DNA from: Diplonema japonicum | Lineage: Eukaryota; Protista; Euglenozoa: Diplonemea | Assembly: GCA_964019335.1 (NCBI GenBank) | Contig: OZ025649.1 | Span: 930,001 to 994,000 of the forward strand | Length of the DNA stretch: 64,000 nt | Direction: 5' to 3' | Part shown: one piece after another, positions 1 through 9,690 of the stretch | Layout of the letters: each line of letters opens with the position of its first letter | Position numbering within the stretch: position 1 is the first letter of the stretch | The notes under the pieces: model-generated | Told to the model about the DNA's origin: nothing | Seen by the model: the letters and a program-made list of their open reading frames with translations, nothing else | The model's database searches: none | Translations under genes and position numbers: made by a program

Positions 1-1033
1 CACCACCGAGACAGGGCAGCTTAAGAAGTATTGCACAGGAACGTGGCTCGAGTACAAGGCTGATGACCAATTCTTCGATCAGGCCAAGTCGGACTCTGGC
101 AACAAGCCGTCGGGCAGCACCCAGTCGCCACCGTCGCCAAAGCATCAGAGGGTGGAGAAACAGGAGCGCCTGAGCTGCATAAAGGGGACGCGAAAGAGCA
201 AGACTGATAGAAGAAGTTCTATCACCAGTGGTGCGTCTTCTGCTGCGCTGCGGTCTTGTGTTCGAGATTCTTCGCAAGGGATGGAAGGGGATAATAAGCA
301 GGAGGTGACCCTAGCCCTGCCGAGTAAAAGGGAGGGTCTCACACATCATCAGATCAATGAGCTCAACGCTCTGAGTATTATGCCCGTGTGCCATAGGGAG
401 ATGAGTGAGTGTCTTGACACCTTTGATCCAGCGAGCGACATGAAGTCACACTCAGAGATGAAGAGTGAGTTCACGTCGGACATTGCGGAGACAGAGGAGG
501 ACAAAGACAAATATGATGAGGATGAGGAGGTGTGGCAAACAAGACAGTTCCGTGCCTTGCTTCCCAATCAGGACATCGATGAGATGGACCATCCCCCGCT
601 AACGAAGGAGATGCTTGAACTGCTTACTCTGGGACATGGATGGGACAGGGAAGCGATCATGAGGTCCTGCACAACGAGATCTATCACTACACAGAAGACG
701 CCCATATTGGTGCACTCAAAAGGGAGCAGGAGTAACGGAGGATCGACCATGAGGTCGATGTCTCCTGTGTTGCCTAGCAACCCCGCCATTGCAGTCGATG
801 CTGCGTCTTCCCCTTCGGCGAAGTCGCTTCCCCTCCACGGAAAGGATCCTAGTCGCACCATCAGCGGCTCCTCCACATCGTCGTCCACATACAGCGGGAA
901 CAAGCGCCCGTCGTTCGCCGACGCTGCTTACAACACACCACCGCCCTCAACACCACCCTCTTCGAGCTCCCCGCACTACCTCGACGGAAGGGACCGCTCG
1001 AATGATTCCACTGAGAAGAAGAAAATGAGCTGA
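1..1033 (+). CDS. 3' part of a hypothetical protein with Ser/Pro-rich disordered C-terminus (5' end outside window)
   Basis: Frame of ORF 152..1033 is open back to position 2 (TTETGQLKKYCTGTWLEYKADDQFF...); stop TGA at 1031-1033. Confidence 0.75.
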   Translation, partial: TTETGQLKKYCTGTWLEYKADDQFFDQAKSDSGNKPSGSTQSPPSPKHQRVEKQERLSCIKGTRKSKTDRRSSITSGASSAALRSCVRDSSQGMEGDNKQEVTLALPSKREGLTHHQINELNALSIMPVCHREMSECLDTFDPASDMKSHSEMKSEFTSDIAETEEDKDKYDEDEEVWQTRQFRALLPNQDIDEMDHPPLTKEMLELLTLGHGWDREAIMRSCTTRSITTQKTPILVHSKGSRSNGGSTMRSMSPVLPSNPAIAVDAASSPSAKSLPLHGKDPSRTISGSSTSSSTYSGNKRPSFADAAYNTPPPSTPPSSSSPHYLDGRDRSNDSTEKKKMS

Positions 1034-1212
1034 TACTTGCCAGCAGTTCTTTCAGCTTTAGCTGTTGTTTTATATATTTAGTAAGCATTGGTCGCACCGG
1101 TTGGCGGTCAGTGTCCATATTAATGTGCACCGCATGTCTTAGTGTCGCGGACAAGGTTCCTAGGTTTTTATTCTTATTCGTGGTTCGCATCGCTCTAATT
1201 ACACAGGTTGCA

Positions 1213-2436
1213 ATGTTGTTATTGAGGCGTGGTTCCCGGTGGGTAAGTGCGTGGAAGGAGGGCCTCCCCACAGTAGCTGAGGTGCAATGGAGCGCCGCCT
1301 ACGGAAAGACGGGCGGGGTTATGGAAGGTGTGGATGAGAGGCGGGGACGCAATATGGATACAGAAGAGCAGAGGGAACATCTAGAGTCAAGACGGAAGTT
1401 GGACCCACACTTCCGGGGAGGTAGTCAGCGATTCAAGAACTGGAGGAATGAGATGAAGGAACAGCAGAAGGAACAGGCCAGAGAGAGAGGCAGACATGCT
1501 GCCCCCTACACAGACGACCTCATTAAGTCAAAGATGGTGTCGGTTAGGAAGACTCGGCACACCACTGTTGATAGCAGTTTCCTGGACGGCATAGATGGTG
1601 TGAACCCCAGCAAGCAGGCGGTACAGGATGCCTTCATGAGGCTCAATGGTGTTGATCTGGCAACCTCTTCAGATGTGATTCACATCAGTAACCCTCCGTC
1701 GGTTGTGTTCCCCAACACCCGAGGAATGTTTCGAGGTGCCAAACGGGAGGAGATGAATAAGGTTGACTACTCGTTATCGGCGTCCTGGTACACGGGGGAA
1801 AGGACAGTGGTGTTGTTCACAGAGAACAACGGTGCAGGATATGCTTGGGCAAGGGCGTGTCCGGATGTTACGTTCATTTGCTTGTCGGATTTGGTGTCTG
1901 GGTACTTCAGGTCCGTTTCTAACGGGTGTGGGCAGGATGAGGTGCCGCCGGAGAACATGCGCTTCGTGCGTACTCATGCGCCTATGTACTTCCAGCTCGA
2001 CGAGGCAGTACCAGATGAGTCCATCGATGAGGTGTTGTTTATGTTCCCAAGTACCTTTCCAACCGGCGATTCAAGCAAGAGGCTGCCGACGGCGGGTTTC
2101 TTGCAGCTGCTCCACCCGAAGCTAAAGATTGGCGGAAAGGTACGCCTAGCAACATGGAACTCTGCTTTCTATGATTGGGCAAACTTGGAATTTGAGAAGT
2201 GCCACTGCGAATGGAACAGGGCCTTATCACCTGATATGCATCATTCGCCCTTATTGCTCACCGGGAGATCATCGCTAGATGCACCGCTTGGCAAGTGGGC
2301 TGTCCATCACCTTGGAAAGGAGCCGCTAGTAAGCGAGTGGGAGAAAACAAGCAACACACCTGAGAACGTGAGAGACATGAACGAGCAATATTCTTTCAGA
2401 AGGGTTTCCAACGGAGAGCTGTCAGCACGGGGGTAA
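1213..2436 (+). CDS. Degenerate TrmB/Trm8-like (tRNA m7G methyltransferase fold) protein, probably mitochondrial
   Basis: ATG 1213 follows acacag; presequence-like MLLLRRGSRW; DEVLFMFPSTFP...FLQLLHPKLKIGGKVRLATW aligns to TrmB FPDPW...LkxgGxlxxaTD; catalytic motifs altered. Confidence 0.65.
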   Translation: MLLLRRGSRWVSAWKEGLPTVAEVQWSAAYGKTGGVMEGVDERRGRNMDTEEQREHLESRRKLDPHFRGGSQRFKNWRNEMKEQQKEQARERGRHAAPYTDDLIKSKMVSVRKTRHTTVDSSFLDGIDGVNPSKQAVQDAFMRLNGVDLATSSDVIHISNPPSVVFPNTRGMFRGAKREEMNKVDYSLSASWYTGERTVVLFTENNGAGYAWARACPDVTFICLSDLVSGYFRSVSNGCGQDEVPPENMRFVRTHAPMYFQLDEAVPDESIDEVLFMFPSTFPTGDSSKRLPTAGFLQLLHPKLKIGGKVRLATWNSAFYDWANLEFEKCHCEWNRALSPDMHHSPLLLTGRSSLDAPLGKWAVHHLGKEPLVSEWEKTSNTPENVRDMNEQYSFRRVSNGELSARG

Positions 2437-2526
2437 TGATAAGATCAAGTTTTTTGTTTAGAATCTAAGAGATCTATATTCTTACTACAGCGATGCCATA
2501 AGAAAAAGGGGTAGAAAAGAAAGAAT

Positions 2527-3530
2527 ATGTTGAGTGAGGAGAGGAGGTTTGTGTGGTTCGCGTTTAGACAGCTGCGGCGGATTCCTTTAGAATGGCAGCC
2601 CCACTACAAGGGCCTGCTTCTGAACGATCTTCACCAGCGGAAAGCTTTAAGTGCTACATCGCGTGATGTGACGACTCGGCCGTTGTTTTGGAAGCTCAAC
2701 AACATCAAGAGGGGTTACCATGGTGTACGGTGGGTGCTATCCAGGTTTGACTTAGACTGCCCACCGATACCAGAGGTATGCAACATCATTTCACTCAGTT
2801 CTGGCAGGTTTTCGAAGACCCCAACAGCACCATCTTCACCAATGAGGACATACAGCGGGGCCCAGGTAAGGCCATCCTTAAGAACCGTCATCTCACCCTT
2901 GGGGACCCTTATCTGCAGTCGCGCACGATGAGCGAAGCCGAATCCAGGCTTGTCAACAACCCTCAGCAGCTTGTGGAGTTTGCAGGCCAGCTCCCCACTG
3001 CCCCCGTTGACAACAGCCATGACTTCCTGGATGATTTTTCTCACAGGTTCGTGGACCCTCAAGACATGACGGAGCAGGACTTCAAATATGGTATGATGCA
3101 CGCCAAACGCCATTCTAGCAGATGAATACGAGAGCGACTACGGTGGATTGCTTTACAGCGAGAACAAAGGATATCCCGAGGTATGGACTGTTATCCAGCA
3201 TCATACACTCTACAGGGCATGGGTGCAGATGTGGCTGAGAAGGACCCCAGTGTAGCGACGTGGCACAGCAACACAGCTGTTGCACATTCGCGTGACACGA
3301 TGGAACGGAGAGCATTGTCGGTTCCGCTGAGGGATTCTGATATGGGGAGGTGGAGGAAGGCGGTGTCGGGACGTGGAGATGAGGTGGTAAGAGAAGATCA
3401 GGGATGTGCTGTATCAAGTCGGTGGGTTCAGGACGAAGGTGGTAATTGGGTGCGCAGAGCGAATGTGGCCTCGCAGGTGGCCCCTGAGTACACGACACCC
3501 CCCCCTGGGTTGTTCGGCAACGATTACTAG
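2527..3530 (+). CDS. Hypothetical protein with LYR-motif-like N-terminus; 4 exons
   Basis: Three ORFs joined in frame by GT-AG introns 2776..2798 (or ..2807), 3091..3118 (or ..3121), 3181..3215; N-term AFRQLRRIP...HYK resembles LYR family (weak). Confidence 0.7.
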
Positions 3531-3586
3531 ACGAGTAGTATTTCGATCGCAGGCGGGTTTGCACCTTCACAACCCATTAGGTAAAG

Positions 3587-4093
3587 ATGCCCCCGCCTAC
3601 AAAGGAGGATGCTGAGGTGGCGTTTAAGAAGTGGAGCGTGCGGTGTGACAGTGCGCCACCCATCGACGCTGGGTGCGTGATGGACATGGTTAGGGCTAAG
3701 GAGAAGGTTGTGCTTGTAGATGTACGCAGCGATAGCGAGTACAAGGTTTCGATGCTTCCTTGTGCGATTACAAAAAGAGAATTCGAGGAGAAGGGAGGAT
3801 GCAGTGCCTTTAAAGGGTACACTGTCATCCCTTACTGCACAATCGGCTTCAGGTCGGGTAACTATTGCAAGGAACTGCTCAAAGATGCCAAGGAGTCAGA
3901 TGTTACTCTGCGCAACCAGAAGGGGGTCCTCCTTTGGGCCTTCGATCAGCAGCCTTTTGTAACTTCCAATCAGGGCTCGACTTTAGCAGTTCATACGTTT
4001 TCTTCCCAGTTTAACATCCTTCCGAGTACCCATAGGGCTGTGCATTATTCTTTTATGAAGAGTTTACTCGTTGGGGTGGGTTTCAAGCTCTAG
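3587..4093 (+). CDS. Rhodanese-domain protein
   Basis: VLVDVRSDSEYKVSMLPCA and VIPYCTIGFRS active-site loop. Confidence 0.85.
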   Translation: MPPPTKEDAEVAFKKWSVRCDSAPPIDAGCVMDMVRAKEKVVLVDVRSDSEYKVSMLPCAITKREFEEKGGCSAFKGYTVIPYCTIGFRSGNYCKELLKDAKESDVTLRNQKGVLLWAFDQQPFVTSNQGSTLAVHTFSSQFNILPSTHRAVHYSFMKSLLVGVGFKL

Positions 4094-4153
4094 TTCCTAC
4101 AGCGCTTTGATTTCGATTGCTTGCTGCATGTGAACTTATCAGGTACACATGAT

Positions 4154-5492
4154 ATGAAGCAGGCAAGCAAGGATGGGAAGCGAACGAATATTTTCAAGAA
4201 GCTTGAGAGGTTGGAGGAGCATGTGGCGGCACGGCGGGATCTGGTCGACTCGTTAGTGCAGAGCAGGGAAGACCTGAGAAGCAGCAGCTCGAACTTTAAG
4301 GAGGCACGGGCAGCGCTGGAGGCTTTGATAAAGGACCCTGGTGGCAGGCCGTTGAACCTCCCCCTTAGCTATGGGAGGCTGGACAGCGAAGGCGAAGCCC
4401 CGCAACGGGTGACGACACCGCTTCCGGTGCAAGTGGCTCCTGCACTAAGTCCTGCCCCGCAGTATAAGTTTGTGGACGCCACGAATCTGTGTTTACTTTT
4501 CAAGGCTTTCCAGCCTTTTCTTGATCGTAACACGCCTCATGATGTGGCGATGGATGTGTTGCACAGCATCTTGCAGCCGTCCCGCCAGGCGTACAGACAG
4601 TTCGCGGTACCGTCCACAATCTCCCCGTCCATGCTGAACAACGCAGGGTCTCGCCAGCGGCGGAGAAAGCTGATAATCTTGCAGAATGCGGAGCAGTGCT
4701 CAGACGGTGGCATAACTAGCGCGAAGCTGAAGATAGCAGGTTACAGTGGAGAGGTGACGCCGCTGGCCTTCAAGACGGTGCTGAAGTACCTGACAGAGGG
4801 CAGGCTTGATGACACCTCTATACGTGTGCTTTTCACGTACTTCGACATCCGTGACAAGTGCCAAGACGAGGCAGTGAATCTGCACAACTTTCTCGACGGT
4901 TTGGACGATGTTATCCAGGATCACAAGCACGAGGTTATCTCCCAGTGCTATTCATCTGTTTGCAGGGGGTCGGCAACTACCTTGTCGCGTGGTGACATCT
5001 ACGCACACTCTGTGCCTTCAGGTAAGCTGACCCCTGGCCAGGCGCATTGCTTGCTAGAGCATTTCCCCCCTGAAGCGCCGCTTCCAAAGCTTCCTCCTTT
5101 GAAAAGGAAGAAGGATCAGGAGAAGCACAAGCTAATGCAGTCCGAGCTATCCGCTTTGCTTGTCAAGTCATACCGAGAAGGAGCTACCATGAACAGGAGG
5201 CAGTTTGATCTAGCTTTCGACGAGTCGCCTTACATCCTAGTGTGCTTTCTGGAGACAGTGCTGAGGTTCACAGTGTCAATAATAGCAAAGGAGGCTGTCA
5301 AGCCTCAGAGGAAGGTCTCCATGCCCTGCGACAGCACCGGTGTTTCTGTTTACAATTCCTTTTTTTATCCCAGTAAGGTCCGTCCAAAGGGCAAGAAGTA
5401 GGAAAGGCAGCATTGTTGTGGAAGAGGCATGTCGGCCTATCCTTCAGCTCCCAAGAAGCTGCAGAGCATTCATTCGGGGCTGGTCTGGTTGA
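4154..5492 (+). CDS. Hypothetical protein with N-terminal coiled coil and degenerate EF-hand (calcyphosin-like) region
   Basis: ORF 4121..5401, in-frame ATG 4154; LFTYFDIRDK...VNLHNFL EF-hand-like; probable intron 5340..5373 extends the CDS to TGA 5492. Confidence 0.55.
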
Positions 5493-5635
5493 CTTAAATC
5501 AGCAGCTCATCTGCAGCCAGGTCAATTGATTTTCTGCTTTTTTGCTGTCAGGGTGATTATACAGTTTTTTTTTGTTTTCTTAGGTCATGCGCCCCCCGGA
5601 TAGCTTACCATATCTTGCAGCACACAACAGGCAGC

Positions 5636-6110
5636 ATGTCGGGCATCGCGTACGATAATGAGAACATCTTCTCGAAGATAATCGACGGGAAGGTGCCTAA
5701 TTACACAATCTTTGAGACGGAGCATGTTCTGGCCTTCCTGGATGCCTTTCCCGTTGCGAAGGGCCACGCGTTGTTGATCCCCAAGGCGAAGGGGTACTCC
5801 ACGCTGCTGGACATGCCTGAGGATGCTGCAGCGAACCTTTTGAAGGAGCTTCCTCGCTTGGCAAAGGCGGTCAAGGCGGCGACCGGCTGCGACGGTGTCA
5901 ACATCGTGCAGAACAACTTCAAGGGAGGCGGTCAGGAGGTTTTTCATGTCCACTTCCATGTCATCCCAAGGACAGAAGGCGACGACACCGTAAAGGTATG
6001 CAGTGCAATACATTACATCCACCTCACCATAGTTCGGCCCAAGCGCCAAGGATATGCTCAAGCCGGAAGTTGCCACTCCTATCCTCGATGAGCTTAAGAA
6101 GCACCTTTAG
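5636..6110 (+). CDS. HIT-family (HINT-like) nucleotide hydrolase
   Basis: NIFSKII, AFLDAFPVAKGHALLIPK, HVHFHVIPR triad; intron 5996..6032 gives C-term FGPSAKDML...KKHL*. Confidence 0.92.
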
Positions 6111-6227
6111 CTAACGTTTAGTGTTACCCAGTGTCAAAGTATTTCTCGTTATGATAGCGGGTTTTTTTTTTTGTGAGTTGCATTTAAACGACTTTTAACG
6201 CCAGGCAAAAGGCAAAAGACACGAAAG

Positions 6228-7406
6228 ATGTTGAGAAACGTCCAGAGGAGGTTTAGCAGCAAGCTCCCCGCAAGGGTTCTGTATGACAAGCTTGAGGCAA
6301 AAGGGATGGACACCTTCTTCGGTGTGCCGGACTCGCTGTTGAAGGATTTGTGTGGTTACATCACCGATGCAGCTGGGGAGAAGAATGTGTGCACTGCGAA
6401 CGAGGGAAGCGCCGTTGCGATGGCAGCTGGCCACCACTTCGCAACTGGCAATGTTCCATGTGTGTATTTGCAGAACAGCGGTCTCGGGAACACCATTAAC
6501 CCTGTCTTGTCACTCGCACACGAGAAGGTTTACCAGGTACCCATGCTCCTTGTCATTGGGTGGAGGGGTGAGCCTGGCGTGAAGGATGAGCCACAGCACG
6601 TGGCACAGGGCGCTCTGACGACGGAGATCTTAGACAGCTGCGAGGTCCCGTACAGAGTGCTACCCACCACTGCTGAGGGCGTCGACGAGGTTCTGAAGGA
6701 GGCTCTTGAGCACTTCAAGACGAAGGGCTCACCTTTTGCTGTGCTAGTGAAGAAGGGAACCTTCGAGGGGTACAAGCTTCAGAGCACAACGGACAACACA
6801 TATGAGATGACGCGCGAGGAAGCTATCAAGTGCATCCTTGATGGGATCCATCCGACGGACGCTGTTGTGAGCACTACCGGAATGCCCTCTCGGGAGGTGT
6901 TTGAGCACAGGGCGGGGACGGACAAGAACCACTCAAGGGACTTCTTGACTGTTGGTGGTATGGGGCACTGCTCTCAGATAGCTGCGGGTATCGCACTGAG
7001 CAAGCCTGAGAAGCAGGTGTTTGTGATTGACGGTGACGGTGCGGCTATCATGCACATGGGCGGGCTCACCACTGTTGGGGGGATCGCTGCACAGAGGGAG
7101 GGTGCCCTGAGTAACTTTAAGCACATTATTGTGAACAACGGCGCACACGACAGTGTCGGCGGGCAGCCCACTGTCGCCTTCGACATCAATTTCTCCAAGA
7201 TTGCTGAAGGCTCCGGCTACACCGTAGTTACCGATCCAGTCACCACCCATGATAGCCTCAAGGCTGCTGTTGTCAAGCTCAGGGAGACGGACGGTCCTTG
7301 CATCTTCGAGGTGAGGGTGAAGAGGGGTGCTCGTTCAGACCTCGGCAGGCCCACCACCACACCTGTGCAGAACAAGGAGGCCCTGATGGAGTTCCTTAGT
7401 TTGTAA
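6228..7406 (+). CDS. ppd: Phosphonopyruvate decarboxylase (ThDP-dependent), with mitochondrial-type presequence
   Basis: FFGVPDSLLK, ANEGSAVAMAAG, YLQNSGLGNTINP, DEPQH, STTGMPSRE, FLTVGGMGH, IDGDGA..MH, NNGAHDSVGGQPT, DLGRP; intronless. Confidence 0.95.
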   Translation: MLRNVQRRFSSKLPARVLYDKLEAKGMDTFFGVPDSLLKDLCGYITDAAGEKNVCTANEGSAVAMAAGHHFATGNVPCVYLQNSGLGNTINPVLSLAHEKVYQVPMLLVIGWRGEPGVKDEPQHVAQGALTTEILDSCEVPYRVLPTTAEGVDEVLKEALEHFKTKGSPFAVLVKKGTFEGYKLQSTTDNTYEMTREEAIKCILDGIHPTDAVVSTTGMPSREVFEHRAGTDKNHSRDFLTVGGMGHCSQIAAGIALSKPEKQVFVIDGDGAAIMHMGGLTTVGGIAAQREGALSNFKHIIVNNGAHDSVGGQPTVAFDINFSKIAEGSGYTVVTDPVTTHDSLKAAVVKLRETDGPCIFEVRVKRGARSDLGRPTTTPVQNKEALMEFLSL

Positions 7407-8094
7407 GTAGATACACATGCTTTTAACACGTTTCCGACATTTTAAATTTAAATAAGTTCTCCCATAGTACGCCAAGGCCATCCTATTTTTGTTCTTTTCA
7501 TAGCTCGGCAAGGAGGGGCAGCAGCCCGGTAGCCAGATTTGGTTACGTTTGGCGAACTGGGTTTCTGGCCTGGTATATTACACCTGCATTTGCTGCAGCG
7601 CATGACTGGAGATTGGGACCCTGCACTGTAACTTTCCCGGAGACCTACCTGTGTACAGGGGTCTTACGGGTGTCTTTTTAGGGTAATAAGATGACGGCGC
7701 AATGGCGTGCTATGGGTTAGTAGTATTTTGACCGGCAACATGCGCAGTGCAACACGTTGCACTGTGCTTCCTTCCTTCTTCCTTATATCTTTCGTTTTTT
7801 TCATTATGATTCTTTGGAATTCTTCTCGTTACATATTCTTATAGCCTCTTGAGGTGGCTCAGTGTATTGTGCCTTTCTTTTTCTGGTAATCACATGCAAA
7901 GTGTGGCTTAGAGGCATTTCTGCAGCAAAGGTTCTTTTGCCTGCATAATGCCCTATTTGCCTTGCTTGGGGTGGCATCCGTTCTTCCTGTGGGTCGATGG
8001 TTCCTTTCCCGCAATTCTTTTTCTCCTTTTTCTTATGCTGGTCAAATTTATTTCCCTCGTGCTTCGCCTCTCCTGTAGCATATCTCTAGGTAGA

Positions 8095-9374
8095 ATGACC
8101 GAGGATGTCGAGTACAAGTCTGTACCCCTCCAGCAGGGTGTATCTGTATGTCTTGTTGTTTTGCTCAGCTTCTAACAGGTAAAAGTAGTGGAACTCAGTT
8201 TGATGCGTGAAGCATGGAATAATTTCAAGAGAGACGACTACGAGGACGACATGGACAGGGTATGTACCAGACTAGGCTGTAGCATGCTTACAGGTCGCGG
8301 GCAAGGTAGGCTCCATTCTGCATCAGCATCCCAGTGGTGCTTTCACCGTAATATTCGAAGGGAAGGCAGGTGGGCTCAAGAAGGGTGAGAAGCTGCGTCT
8401 CAAATTCCCCCCTAGGTATGTTTCACACCGGCTTCCACTTCCTACAGAGCACTGACTTCTTGCGATGTGGTGCCGGTAAAGAAACGAAGGCCGAGGCTCC
8501 CGAAGCACGTTAAGACGAAGAAGGCCCCCGCATCTCCTGTTTCCAGCACCCCTGCACCCACGGCCCCTTTGGTAGAGCCTGAGATTGTGAACGAGCCGCC
8601 ACCAGAGTCCACGGTATGCTCAGCCGGGCACATCAACTGCCACCTGTAACACAGACGAATCAGAAGCGTATTGACGAGTGCTTGGTGCCGTCGCCCAAGC
8701 TGGCCGACCCTGTGGCTAGGGAGAAGTCCATCGAGGCTGAGAGGCTCCTAGCTATCTATGAGGAGGAAGAGGATTACATCAAAGAGGAAGACGTGAAACG
8801 GGTATGCTACTTCACAAAGGAATATACTGAGCGGGGGATGTACTGATGGTAGCCAGGTTCTCAGGGTTTTTCCCGCCAGTATAGTTCCTTACCGTAATTA
8901 ATGATTACCGACAGGATGTTGAGCCTGCTGAGCCAGCTAGCGAGGAGGACGATGCTGAGGCGGCCTTCTTGGATGACCTTGAGGAGGAAGAGGCCGCAGC
9001 GGCAGCAGAGGAGGAAGCGTTCCTCGACGATCTTGATGACAGCAGTGCAGCTCCATCTCCGCCGCCCTCGTCTGTAGGTTCGCCTCAGCAGCCGGATCCG
9101 CAAGAGGAGAACATTGCTCCTACGGACGATGGTCCTAGAGTCCAGGTCATCTATGAGCCTCACAACCCTGTAACAGAGAACACGAAGGTGTGCACATTGC
9201 ATTTAACATCATGTCCCGCAGCGCTTCGGTGGAGCAGCGCTCCGGTCGAAGCAGAGCAATGTCGATGACTCGAACGTCATCAAGCAGAAGACCTTCTGTA
9301 CCTCACCTCGCAGGCAGGTGCTTGCAGGTGACAGCCTCAAGGTCGGCGATTTGCGTGCCAGGTTCGACCAATAA
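8095..9374 (+). CDS. Protein with N-terminal Mind-bomb SH3-repeat-like domain and acidic low-complexity region; 7 exons
   Basis: Introns 8146..8178, 8260..8293, 8416..8447, 8614..8654, 8802..8914, 9188..9221 give a continuous frame: GVSVKV...DMDRVAGKVGSI...FTVIFEG...KFPPRAL. Confidence 0.7.
8817..8890 (+). repeat. Imperfect inverted repeat (hairpin) inside the 113-nt intron
   Basis: aaggaa-tatactg-a-gcggg (from 8817) is complementary to cccgc-cagtata-g-ttcctt (to 8890). Confidence 0.85.
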
Positions 9375-9690
9375 CCACCCACCAGCCTGCGCTGTCTAGA
9401 TCACTTAACACGCATTAGAGTCACTCTTATTTTGGTGTAAGAATGCAGAGGTGCGAAAGAAACGAAAGAATGATACTTATTTGTTAATAGGATGTTAAGT
9501 GGGTTGGTCATATAGGCTCTACTGTGCGATCTCAGTGTACGGGTCAGCAGTATAATAGATCCTTATAGCCATGCTTCGTGCATTCGTGTTGTTCTTGTTT
9601 TTCATATTCTCCCCCCCCCTTTAGGTTTCACTTTCGTCTGTTTGTACTGCTATTTTTTCTTGTTCCTATGAGCAACGAACATAGGGCTCC

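Noticed and set aside
7619-7650. Resemblance to cobalamin-riboswitch motifs (cctgcactgtaa...cccggagacctacc)
   Set aside because: Upstream AGGGAA/GGUGnAAnUCC elements are absent, the segment pairs in a local hairpin, and no B12 gene is adjacent; a cmscan hit would be needed
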